From Felis catus (taxonomy: Eukaryota): a stretch of DNA of 64,000 bases. Each line of letters opens with the position of its first letter. Within the stretch, counting starts at the first letter, position 1. Shown one piece after another: positions 24,411-37,797 of this stretch. The stretch is taken from assembly GCF_018350175.1 (NCBI RefSeq), contig NC_058368.1:109742001-109806000 (forward strand). The letters run 5' to 3'. The notes beneath the pieces are model-generated. The model saw nothing but the letters and a program-made list of their open reading frames with translations. It was not told where the DNA came from and ran no database searches. The position numbers and the translations under genes are program-made.

Positions 24411-26149
24411 TGGCATAATGTTTAGAAAAAATTTTTTTAACATTTTTATTCTTGAGAGAGACAGAGCACGAGTTGGGGAGGGGCAGAGAGAGAGGGAGAC
24501 AGAATCTTAAGCAGGCTCCAGGCTCTGAGGTGTCAGCACAGAGCCTGATGCAGGGCTCAAACCCACAAACTGTGAGATCATAACCTGAGCTGAAGTCGGA
24601 TCCTCAACCGAATGAGCCACCCAGGTGCCCCTGGCATATTGTTTTTTTTAAAGTTCATTCATGTTGTAACATGTAATACAGTTTTGTTCCTTTTTACGGC
24701 TAAATAATATTCCATTGCATGCATACACCATGTTAAAAATCCATTGTTCCATCAGTGGTTATTTGGTTTGTTTTCACCTTTTGGCTTACTGTGAATAATG
24801 CTATGAACGTGGGTGTAGAGTATCTGTTCTTCTCTGCTCTTTGTTTAAAGGCTCTTTCTGGGCTGCCTGGGTGGCTCAGGTCATGATCTCACCTTTTGTG
24901 GGATCCAGCCATTGGGTTCTTGCTGACAGTACAGAGCCTGCTTGGGATCCTGTCTCTCCTCTCTGCCCCTCCCCTGCTCTCTCTCTCTCTCAAAATAAAT
25001 AAATAAACTTAAAAAAAAAAAAAACTTGCTGCTTCTGCTCCCATTACCCACTACTTCAACCTCCCACCCCAGGTAGCACCCAGTACTTTTTATTTTTAAA
25101 ATTTTATTTATTTATTTATTTATTTTCGAGAGATAGAGAGACAGAGTGTGAGCTGGGGAAGGGGCAGAGAGAGAGGGAAACACAGAATCCGAAGCAGGCT
25201 CCAGGTTTCAAGCTGTCAACACAGAGCCCGATGCCAGGCTGGAAGCCACAGGCAGCAAGACCAGGACGGGAGCCGAAGTCGGACTCAACCGAGGGAGCCA
25301 CCCAGGCGCTCCCACAGTACTCGTTTTTAAAGACAAAGCCCATTTGGGTTAGCCAAAACGTAAGAACTGTGCGGCAATTTGCAAGTGTAAAGGCAAACAA
25401 TCTGGCCTTTGGGCATGGCTCCAGGAGACTGAGGTGTGCGTGTGTGTGGGGTGCAGATTTGAGAAAATGTACTTTCTTCTTGGCTCATTCATTAAATGGT
25501 CCAATTGTTCTAGCTTTGAGATTGAGATCTTCTACTCAGGCTAGGTTCCAACAATACAGAAGTTCTTGTAGTTCTCAGCAACCCAGACTCTATTGCTGTT
25601 TTTGTTGCTTTGTTAACAACTTGAAAGCAGACTTTTGCTTTTCTGCAAAGTCCTAGTCTCCACCACTTTGTGCATAACAATTTCCACTTCCATCCCTTTT
25701 ACTTTTTTTGGTTATCCTTGTGACCAGTTTTGGATTCAGGTTTGGGGGGGGGGGAGGTTTGAAAGATTACACACTTAACACCCTTAAAGAAAAGACATGA
25801 AATAAATATTGACAAAAAAAATCACAACACATTACTGAAGACTTGGAGGTCCAGATTCCACTGCTGAGATCTCTTCAATCAATTCATCAGAAATGCTTAT
25901 TGTACAGGGCTGGTTTCCGATGGCACGCTCGCTGGCTTCCCGTCCTCATCTGATACACTGCGGAAACGAGGGGCTCTAAAGTGAGATTCCTTAGCCTCGA
26001 CTAATCCTGTCATTTAGTAGCTGGTCTGAACGGACCTAGGTAGCGTGTCATTCATCCGTGTCCCTCGCATTTAGCTCAGGACAGGTGCTTGGAATGTGCT
26101 GGAGATTTCAAGATTTAAGTCACGTAGGTTCCTACAGAATGGTGAGGCA

Positions 26150-27650
<1,501 letters not shown>

Positions 27651-28877
27651 GCCAGAAAGTACTTAAAATCAGTGTCTTTTGATGCTTCTACATTCGCAGT
27701 GGTTTTTCACTTCGTTTTAGTATATGGAACTATGTTGGGTCATTCTCTTTCATTCTGTGCGCATCCACACCTAACAGCGTTCCACTTTCACAGTTAATGC
27801 ATTCCAACCAGGGTGTTGGCCGCAATTGTTAATGAATGACTCAGGGGTTCACTTTGACTTTTAGAATCTATAGTAAGTTATGGGACCAGTATAGACACAG
27901 CTCGAAAAAATCCTGACTCACTCAGGTCTTTCCTTGGTTAAAGAGCCTGCTTATTGACCGTAGAGATACTTTTCAATCCATTGTTTTCTTCTGGGACAAA
28001 ATCTTTTAAGAAGCCTATTATTTTCTAGGTTATCTTATTTGCCAGGTGGCCCTTCGAGGGCTTCTGTTCCAAGGCCGATTTTTCACCCTAACTTTTGTCA
28101 CCTTTCAGCAGATTGGTAGCCAGACTAGATTGCTCTGTCCACTAGTCTGATCTTTGCTGCCCAGGGGCTCACACTTCCACTTGACCAGTTTCTGCCCCTT
28201 GTTTTATCTAGACCAGGCACTTGCCTGAAAACCCGTCCCAGGTCCTAAAATGTGGTTTGATGGCCCTTTCTCGATTTGTTGATAGTTTATAACAGCTTTA
28301 TTGAGATATAACCCACGTACGGTACAGTCAGCTCAACTTAAAGTGTACAGTTTGATCGTTTTTAGTGTAGTCCCAAAACTGTGCCGTTGTCCCCACAATC
28401 AATTTTAAAACATTTTCATCCCTCCAAAAAGAAATCCTGTATTCATTAGTTGTCAGACTCCTTCCTATTTTTACAGTTTTTAACAGTGGTTTTTATGTTT
28501 TAATTTGTCATTCCAGGAAAGATACCGTGTAGTTTTCTTCCCAAGGCATTGAAGTTTTTGTTTTTGACTATGTAAGCATCAGTTTTCTATTTGATACTGT
28601 CTTCTTTAGATCCAAGTTTTCTTCATTTGTAAAGATAGTGCACTGAGTCACATTTTTAACTTTTTGGTCCTTTCTTGCCTAGTTTTGAACATGATTTCTC
28701 TCCAGGGAGAATTCCCTATATTGGAACGAATAATGTTCCTGAATTTTCTTTCAGACTGTTATCTTAGGCTTTTTTTTTTTTTTTAATTAAAAAAAAAAAA
28801 GACAACAGCTACAACAGTTTTACCATGAATTCCATTGTTTGGAATGAAAAGGGTTGCTTTAAGAAAAAAAAAGATTA

Positions 28878-29055
28878 AACAAACCGAGGGCTGATGTGGT
28901 GTGGGTGGGGGGATGGGTTAAATGGGTGATGGGCATTAAGGAGGGCCCTTTTTGGTTTGAGCACTGGGTTATGTGTAAGAGATGAATTCCTGGGTTCTAC
29001 TCCTGAAGCCAAGACTATAGTGTATATTAATGAAATTGAGAATAAAAAAACAAAG
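28878..29055 (+). mobile_element. 5'-truncated carnivore L1 3' end
   Basis: AACAAACCGAGGG...GGGTGATGGGCATTAAGGAGGGC...GAGCACTGGGT resembles the carnivore L1 3' UTR; A-rich tail; TSD AAAAAAGATTA on both sides. Confidence 0.8.
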
Positions 29056-32000
29056 AAAAAAGATTAGTCTTTCCAAATTGGAATTAATTTTGCCTCAAAG
29101 ACTAGGTGATGGGTGACCAGATACATCATGTAACTATGATAAAATACTGTGTAGATACTTTTGAGCAATGGAAAAAAAATTTTTTTTTAAGTTTATTTTT
29201 GAGAGTGAGAGAGAGAGTGCAAGCAGGGAGGGGCAGAGAGAGAAGGAGACACAGAATCCAAAGCAGGTTCCAGGCTCTGAACTGTCAGCACAGAGCCCGA
29301 CACGGGGCTCGAACCACAAACTGTGAGATTGTGACCTGAGCCGAAGTTGGATGATTAACAGACTGAACCACCCAGGTACCCCTTGAGTGATTTTTTTTTA
29401 ATCTGTTTTCCCCATATTTTATATTTTCCAGGAACTTCTAGGGATATCATACGTTTTGAACTAGGATTTTGCTTAGCTTAAAGTTCTTTCTTGGTGTCCC
29501 AAAGTAGAAGGTGGGAGTGGAAAGGTTGATTTTTTTTTTTTTTTTTTTTATAGTAGTTATGGAAAAATGGATTCTTGTCTCAGGCACACAGAGAGTATGA
29601 TGTAGGTTTGCTTTAATGTGATAGTGGAAATGAGATGCAATTTTTGGAGAGTTGGCTATTTTGGAATTACCTCATTTCAAATTGTAGGGGTAACAGTATT
29701 TGGAATCAGTTTTGGAGGATCCAGTTAACTTTTGTCCAGAAGAGACTCTTGCTTTTCCACCAAATACAGGCTTTCTAAATAAAAAAAAAAAAAAATTGTT
29801 TTTTAACATTTATTCATTATTGAGAAACAGAGCACGAGCATGGGAGGGGCAGAGAGAGGGGAAGACACAGAATCTGAAGCAGGCTTCAGGCTCCAAGCCG
29901 TCAGCACAGAACCTGACGTGGGGCTCGAACCCATGAGCAGTGAGATCATGACCTGAGCCAAAGTCGGACACCCAACCGACTGAGCCACCCAGGTGCCCCA
30001 GGTTTTCTAAATTTTAGGAAATATTGAGTGCCTCCTATATGTTAGCTATTGTGCTAAGCCCTGGAGGTACTCTGGACAAATAAATAGGATCCTGCCGTCA
30101 TGGGCATGGGTGATGGGGAAAAAAACAGATGCTAAACAAACAAGTCACTACTAACTGTGGTAAAGGTCTAGATAGGAAAGTGTAGAATATGATGATGAGG
30201 CCTGGGTGGGGACACCTAATTTAAATTGGATGTGTGGTGGGGATGGAAGATACTCTTAAAGAAGTGCAATGTAAGTTAGGCCCTGGAGGATGAGTAGAAA
30301 TTTACATGGAGGTGGTGGGTGGGTCTAAGGAAGAACTGATCCAGGAGCTGATCCAGAACAAGTGATGAAGACCTGAAGCATTTAAAAGAGCTTGGTACAC
30401 TTGCCTGAGAAGATCATAACTACTCTTGAGCCGTTTGAGAGAATGTTGTGAGATAGATGGACTGGAGTGAGGCAGGACTTTGTAAATCATGTTAAAGGGT
30501 TTTTATTTAGGTGCAGTAGGAGTTGATAGAATTTAAATTTTAAAAGTATGGTTGCCTTTTTTTGTGGAGAATGGATTTATCTGAGAAGGGGAAGAGAAGA
30601 AGCAGGGTGTTACTTAGGTTATTGCAATATTATTCCGTGGGGGAGTTGATGTTGCTCTCCACTAGTGTCGTATCATGCGGGGGGCAGTGTGGGTGGCTTT
30701 GAGATAAATTTTGGAGTTTTAAATTAGGAGCATCCAAGTTGATGTTGATCATAGGCTTTGGAATAAGATGAAAAGCTTATTTTTATATTTAGTGGGATTA
30801 TTACAGTAGAAAGGGTACAACTTTAAAGCTCTGGAAAGAAAATGTTACTGGAGTGCCAAACATTATGAAAGAATTGGGCTGTACTTTCCAAAAAGAACAG
30901 TGTATAGGATAGAAAAATGAATTACTTATGAAATAATTTCTTTGTGTGAATTGTTTATATGACCCTTTTTGTGGCCCTAGTTCCTAATAAAACATTAGAA
31001 ATATTAGAAATTTGAAGAGACCAAATTGTCTATTATTAGCTGCCTTTGAGAGAGCAAAAGCTGAAAGTATGTACTTTCTGGTTAACTGGGAGATCAATAA
31101 TTGATACTTGTGCGAGGAAAGTATTCCTATGAAGTTCTTGTTTTTGCATGTTATGTAGAGCTAATTATAGCAGGTGGATCTTGGATCTTTTGGATTCAAA
31201 GAAAAGGCAAGTTATTTTGTTAACTAAAGTTCAGACTGCTTATCCCATTTACCCTCTTATGTTGAATTGCAGAAATCATGAAAATAGTTCCTTAGAATCA
31301 CTAATGAGCTAAAATACAATTTTGTATACAAAGTGGGTAGACTATTTGACAGGAACTTTATGCCATTAGGTTCTAAAATAAAAAAAAAAATTTTTTTTAA
31401 TGTTTATTTTTGAGAGAGAGGAGCGAGTGGGGGAGGGGCAGAGGGAGACACAGAATCTGAAACAGGCTCCAGGCTCTGAGCTGTCAGCACAGAGCCCAAG
31501 GTGGGGCTCGAACCCATGAATTGTGAGATCATGACCTGAGTTGAAGTCAGCACTTAACCAACTGAGCTACCCAGGCACCGCTGAATTGGGTTTTCTACAT
31601 TAAAACATTTTTTTTCTTGACTTAACAAGATACATGTTTGTTGTAACAAAAAAACACTATGTTGCTAAAGTTTCTTGTCCTTCTCATTATTTGTTATTTG
31701 TTGTGTATCCTTGTATACCTTTTTTCCAGACTTCTGCAAATATACATAGGGGAGTGGGTGTGTTTAAACAAATAGGATCATACTATATTTTGTAAAATTT
31801 CTACACATATATTTTAGACATCCATAGATAGGAATCTACCTTCTTAAATGTGTAATTATAAAAAAAAATTATTTATTTTGAGAGGGAGAGAGAGAGAGAG
31901 AGAGGGTACTAGTGGGGTAGGGGCAAAGAGAGGGGAGAGAGAATCCCAAGCAGTCTTTGTGCTCTGCGCTGAGCTGGACTTTGGGCTCAATGTAACCACC

Positions 32001-32127
32001 CTCAGATCATGACCTGAGCTGAAATCAACAGTCGGACGCTTAACCAATGGACCCACCCAGGCGCTCCTGTACTTCTATTTCTGTTGGATAGAGTTCCAGA
32101 TGTGAAATTGCTGGGGCATAGAATATG

Positions 32128-32431
32128 CAGTTGACCCTGTATATCAGTGTGGGGTTCAGGGGTGCTGACTTCTGTGCAGTCGAAAATCTGTATGTCAAAA
32201 AAGATTCCAATAACTTCACTACTAGTAGCCTACTGTTGACCAGAAGCCTACTGATAACGTAAATGGTCGATTAACACTTAATTTTGTATATATGTTCTAT
32301 TTAAAGTAAGTTAGGCAAAAGAAAATCTTACTAAGATCATAGAGGAAATACATTTATACCACTGTATTGTATCAAAAAATCCATGCATAACTGGACCCAC
32401 ACATTTCAAACCTGTGTTCAGGGGTCAGCTG
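32128..32431. mobile_element. Tigger2a-like MITE, copy 1
   Basis: Terminal inverted repeats CAGTTGACCC...GGGTCAGCTG; TA on the right flank; body similar to the copies at 37495 and 62338. Confidence 0.8.
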
Positions 32432-34917
32432 TATATGCTTAAAGTACTGCTGCCAGGATACTTTACACAAATATAAAGGATTAATTTGTAACAGGAAGAT
32501 AAGTGATTTCTCTCACTGGAATTGTGAGGATTGTAATGAGTTAAAACTATGCAACGTTTTTAAGATAAAGCCAGACACAGTAAATATTGCCAAGTATTTT
32601 CTAGTATTGCTGTTACTACCTTTTTGTATTTTTTTATTAATCTTGTTCATTAGTGGATTATGTTAGGATAATAAAATGAAACTATTGAAGTTTGCCTTAA
32701 GGGTTCATAATTTGCAGCTTTTAATGTGCAAATCTTAATGCCTCAAGAATTTGCTGTGTTGGGGGCTCCTGGGTAGCTCAGTAGGTTACTTGTCTGACTC
32801 TTGATCTTGCTCAGGTCTTTATCTCAGGCTCATGAGGTTAAGCTCCACTTTGGGCTTCACACTGGGTGTGGACTTTACTTAAAAAAGATAAGGGGTGCCT
32901 GGGTGGCTCAGTTGGTTGACTGTTCGACTTCAGCTCAGGTCATAATCTTGCTCAGGTCATGATCTCATGGTGAGTTTGAGCCCTGTACGGGCTCTCTGTC
33001 AGCACAGAGCCTCCTTCGGATCCTCTTTCCTTCCTCTCTGCTCCTCCCCTGCTTGAGTTTTCTCTGTCTCTGTCTCTCTCTCTTTCTCTTTCAAAAATGA
33101 ACTTTAAAAAGTACATTAAGAAAAAGAATTTGATGTGCTTTGAGAGTAGTGTATCGTTTAAGTGTGAGCTGTTTGGTCTGTTAGATGTTAATTTTGGAGG
33201 TACTTCCTAGTTCAGGGGTAAGAGGATAAGCAGTAGCAGAGGATAGAAGGATAGTAGCAGAGGATAGATAAGTAAGCAGAGGATAGTCTGATTAATCTCT
33301 TCCATGATGCTTTTGCTTAAATCTATTATTTGATAGTCTAAAGACTATTATGGATTCTGTGATATCATTTTCTTATATTGGTTAAGAAAGTGAATTAGAG
33401 CAACAGCTGTTTTAATATCCTGAGCAGTTCTACACATTCTTATAAACATGAAACTGCCTTTTAAGGATCTGTGTTGATTGCAGCTGTTCATAACATCCCA
33501 TTAGAATGTGCATAAATATTTGGTCAGTAGTGTTTCTTACCCAGGAAGGGGAGAATGATGTTATTCTCTGGCCTAAAAAAAGATGGTTATTTCTAGGACT
33601 TAACTATTAGAACAGGGGAGTCTTGAACTTAATTTGAATTAATTTCATGTAAAGCAACCTGTAATTGGGAGTGGAGGAAAAGTAATGTCAGTCAAGTAGC
33701 CAAGTCTCTGTTTTTAGCAGCATTGACTTGGAGTTGTGTGGCATAGAGAGGAAGTACAAGATAAAGATTCCTGCTGCCTAGAGGTGTAACCATTCTAGGT
33801 GGAAACACGAATGAGATAAAGCAGTAGTAACTAGCATAAGAGAGTAAGAACAGTTGTGGACAGGTTATTAAGTACAGACTTAAGCTATCAATGCAGAGGA
33901 GAGGTTGCATGCCTGGGGATGGAGTGATGAGGAAAGGCAGGGAAGGGGCTTGAGCACATAGGATTAAAAGACATGGAGGAAAGGATTGGGATGGTCTAAG
34001 TGAAGGTTTAGAAGTGGGAATAAATTTAAGGGTTTTGGTAGGCAGTATGAGAAGCAGATATATATGGGACTTGGAGCCTGGTGGTACTGATTTTGAATCT
34101 TAGATGCTGGTATTTACCAGTTATGTTTCAGGGCGCATTAACTTCTTTTATAAAATTGGATCCATAATAGTTCTTTTCTCCGAGTACCTGGGAAAATCAA
34201 GTGTAGAATGCTTACTTAGTACACTGCCTGGCATATGAAAGGTGTGGGAGCTTGACCTGTTTGGCTGAAGGAGAGGCTTCCTGCCATAAGGATTGGGTGC
34301 AGGCTCTGCAAATTTTGGAAGTTCCTGGTGAGTGGGGAGTGGTAGATACGTTTCTTTTTAATAGCTTGTTCTATCCTTGTTCCATGTAAAAATCCTAGTG
34401 GGGTGATTCGGCCCCTGAATGTTGTTCAGATGGTGTGTTGAGGAGAAACAAACTGAATTTCAGCTTATGTGTTTTTTAGGACCTATTATATTTATTAGAA
34501 TTCCGTAGGAGTATTTAATTAAATGCTAATAGTGGCCATTCCTGGTGGGGATGGTGGTTGTGGATTTACAGATGTTTATTTTCTTTGCCATACTTTGTTT
34601 TCTAATTTTCTGCAATAAGCTTACACTAATTAGAAAGTAGTGGACTAGGTTCTCGAACAGGCCCTAATATTTGACTAGTCTCTTGGGGCTTTCTTCACAT
34701 GTGAATATTAGGTTACTTGGCATAAGCTTTTATTTTTAAAATCCTTCGATTTGTGCTGTTTGGCATATTGACCCCCATTCATTTGTTCTTTTTGAATGGA
34801 AGTAGGGCTTTTTATTCCTCCTAGGTAGATGATTTTGAAGATGGCTGACTGGATTTTAATGGATAGCTTGAGAAGGTGAAGCAGAACTTTTATAGCAAAT
34901 TAGGTTGTATATTTTTA

Positions 34918-35150
34918 TTTTTTTATTAAAAAAAATTTTTTTTTCAACGTTTATTTATTTTTTTTGGGACAGAGAGAGACAGAACATGAACGGGGGAGGG
35001 GCCGAGAGAGAGGGAGACACAGAATCGGAAACAGGCTCCAGGCTCTGAGCCATCAGCCCAGAGCCTGACGCGGGGCTCGAACTCCCGGACCGTGAGATCG
35101 TGACCTGGCTGAAGTCGGACGCTTAACCGACTGGGCCACCCAGGCGCCCC
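34918..35150 (-). mobile_element. Young felid Can-SINE (intron 1)
   Basis: Same subfamily diagnostics; TSD AGGTTGTATATTTTTA / AGTTTGTATATTTTTA. Confidence 0.95.
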
Positions 35151-35214
35151 AGTTTGTATATTTTTAAATGAGACTCAAACCAGGGCTTCACTGGAGCTAT
35201 GATAATAGCTAATA

Positions 35215-37175
35215 TTATTTATAATGTACCAGCCTCTGATATAAACCCTTTAAAAGTGGATCACCACATTTAATCTTGCTAACAGGTATGAGGTAGGTGC
35301 TGTAATTTTCCCCATTTATTTTTTTTCCGATCTGCATTCTAATCCCAGGTTTATTCAACACATTCCTTTCACTCTACACAGTAAAGTATAAACACCACAG
35401 TGCCCCAAATGCTACAAGTTATAAAACTCAAAAACAAAATTTACAGTACTGACTGTATAATAAAAGCCAAAAAGTACTGTACATATTGCCAAGGTAACCT
35501 GCAAAAGACCCCCCCACGAATAACAGCTGCAATAGAGGGGTCCGTGCAGTTATGACTCTGCAGAGCTGGCTCTCAACTTGTTCACCAATTTCAGAGAGAA
35601 ATGCAGACCTGGGATGTGGGTGTGTGTGCATGAGTACATGTAAAAATAGAACCATTTTCGGGAACTAACACGGAGTGTTTGACCCTAGACATTGGAAGAG
35701 GACTGGAGCAGGGGAGCAGGGCCAGGCTGCAGGAACAGCAGCTGCTCAAAAGTGCGTTCCTTCCTGAGAGATCCTGCAGACCAATAAGCAAGGGCATGAC
35801 CAGGCCACCAGATTAGACCTCTGTCATTTGTGGATATGAAAATCATACCCCCAGGCTGGGGCCGCACTGCTACCCTGCTTGTCCTTGATGGCTTTGCCAC
35901 TAAAGTGACTCTCTCATGAGCTCCTGAACACTGGAGAGCATCTTTATGGGCACAACCCCAAACCAGTAATACTCCTGCAACTGGAACTCTGCTGTCAGAG
36001 GAAATGTCTCAGTTGCTGTTGTTTGGGCCAACCTTGAATAAGGAATTTCTTTCCTCCCTACCAATCCTGTTTTGCTTAGAAAAGTGACAACTGAAGTGGA
36101 TGGGATAGAAGTCACGGCGCAGAGGTTCGGTGGCCCTATTTATCGGGAGGAGTTGGAGCTGGAGCAGCTCCTGTGGCCACGGCAGCCACCAGGGGAGTGA
36201 CATCCCTGGCACACGGGGAGGCCTGCGCCTCAGGGAACTCTGTCTTTTTATCTGTGGGAGTGACTGGCACCACATGGTCGGGGGTGGCTGCATTCTTCTG
36301 GGAGGGCTGAATCACCTGGGGGCGGCCTAGGCCAGGGAGCCAGCACAGCTGTGCCAGTGACCTCTTGACCATTGATTTGTCCTTTGTCCAACACCTCGTT
36401 CATCTGGATTCTCAGACTCCATAGACGCTTAGCCTGTAGACAGATGGGGGTGCATCCTAGAAAGGATGTAGAGGTTTTAGAAACAAGCACGTTAATCATT
36501 TAAGTTTTCCCAGAGGTGGACAATGTCTCCATGATGTGGTCCGTGCTCACGTTCCTAGTGAGCCTTCTGATGTGCACTTGGGTTGGTTTAGGGGAAGGAC
36601 TCTGCTTTTTCCTTTGCTTTGCACCTCTTTTGGGTGGTTTGGATTTCAAATGGGAGCACTGTCTGTTGTCGTGTCGATGCCTAGGACTCTGTGAGCCAGA
36701 GGAACTGCTGGAGCTGGAGCTGGAGCTGCAGGGCACGCTGGAACTTCCCCAGCAGCTAGATGCTAAAGAGGAGCAAGGGCCTCTGCTCACACCTGTGCTG
36801 GTGGTAGAGCTGGACCACGACCTGGTGTTGCTGCCACCAGAGGAAGCATGGAAGCACTGCATCTCTTCCAAGCTTTATTCCTGCGGTGATCATTCTCGCT
36901 AGACTACTTGGTGGCCCCTTTATCTTTAGAATGATCCTGGGACTTCTCGGCAGAGTGGTCTTTGCTTTTGGTAGGAGAAGGAGCCGTCTTCTGCCACCGT
37001 GACCTTCTCCTGCTCTCCTCAGCTGTTAAAGCTGATGCCCTAACTTCCCCATTTTGGAGACGAGCAGATAGAATTTCAGAGATGTTAAGCGGCAGAGAGG
37101 TCATGCAGCTAGAACGGCCGAGAAGGGATTTGGACAGATCCATAATGATTATACGGATTCTAGAGTCTGAACTGT
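35215..37175. mobile_element. MIR element split by the RNPS1 retrocopy
   Basis: Left flank catttaatctt...tatgaggtaggtgctgtaattttccccattt and right flank ttccccattttggagacgag...gttaag...ggtcatgcagctag...gggattt join into a MIR core. Confidence 0.65.
35318..37044 (-). pseudogene. RNPS1: RNPS1 processed pseudogene in HSPA4 intron 1 (CDS remnant 36140-36987)
   Basis: Minus-strand frames give APSPTKSKDHSAEKSQDHSKDKGATK*, a Ser-rich tract, SPSPKPTQVHIRRLTRNVSTDHIME, GQINGQEVTGTAVLAPWPRPPP and terminal SSSNSSR* (TAA 36140-36142). No introns; premature TAG at 36904-36906; frameshifts; about 0.8 kb 3' UTR with AATAAA (35350-35355); short A-tail; TSD TTCCCCATTT at 35308-35317 and 37045-37054. Confidence 0.93.
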
Positions 37176-37494
37176 TCCTGCTGCGCTTGTATTCAAACCA
37201 ATAAAGTTGATGGCAAGGTGGAAAACCTAAGGATTTCTTTCTTTAGTGCAATGGGCTTACTATTAAAGAACTTTGTGGAGTGTAATTTGCTTTGTAGTGA
37301 TAGGATTTTGATGGTCTTCTATGATATGCTAAGGAAAATGTGGACTTTCCACATACTTGCAGGAGTTATGCCTTGTTTGAGGTGTCAGTGCTGTATCATG
37401 TGGTGAAGATTGACATTCCAGTAGTGACATTTGATTGTTCTGTAAGAAGTTGTAACAGTAGTGTGTGTATGTATGAGCCAAAAAAGGATGAATA

Positions 37495-37797
37495 CAGCTG
37501 ACTCTTGAACAGTTTTAGGGGTTAGGGGTGACGATCCTTTGCATAGTCAAAAATCTCCTTGTAACTTGACTACTCAAAAACTTAACTATTAATAGTCTAC
37601 TGTTGATTGGCAGCATTACTGAAAAATAGTCAACACATTTTATGCATTATATGTCTTATATTCTGTATTCTTAGAACAAAGTAAGCTAGAGAAAAGAATT
37701 GTCAGTAAGAAAATAATGAAGAGAAAATACATTTATAGTACTGTACTGTATCACAAAATACCCATAGTTCAAACCATTGTTGTTCAAGGGTCAACTG
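37495..37797. mobile_element. Tigger2a-like MITE, copy 2
   Basis: TA|CAGCTGACTCTTGAACA ... TGTTCAAGGGTCAACTG|TA: terminal inverted repeats with a TA target duplication (Tc1/mariner-pogo type). Confidence 0.85.

Larger units (their letters stand above)
23130..24840 (-). mobile_element. Old L1 (L1M-type) 3' fragment hosting an LTR, the CBX3 retrocopy and a SINE
   Basis: Typical antisense L1 3' UTR text (ttcaccatcccaaactgaaactttgtacccattaaaca...; ggctaaataatattccattg...) that continues across the three insertions. Boundaries approximate. Confidence 0.7.
240..25312. repeat. About 40 dispersed Can-SINE copies in the upstream intergenic region, both orientations (collective entry)
   Basis: Recurrent GGGGYGCCTGGGTGGCTCAGT head, (CT)n tract and A-rich tail or their reverse complements; these account for most short ORFs in the track. 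Count is by eye. Confidence 0.9.

Noticed and set aside
1..26100. Exons or promoter of a divergent neighbour gene (ZCCHC10 lies upstream in human, from memory)
   Set aside because: No second CpG island or recognisable coding exon; the neighbour probably lies beyond the left edge.
36140..36987. RNPS1 copy as a functional retrogene
   Set aside because: Start codon is ACG, there is an early TAG at 36904-36906, several frameshifts and a deletion in the RRM.
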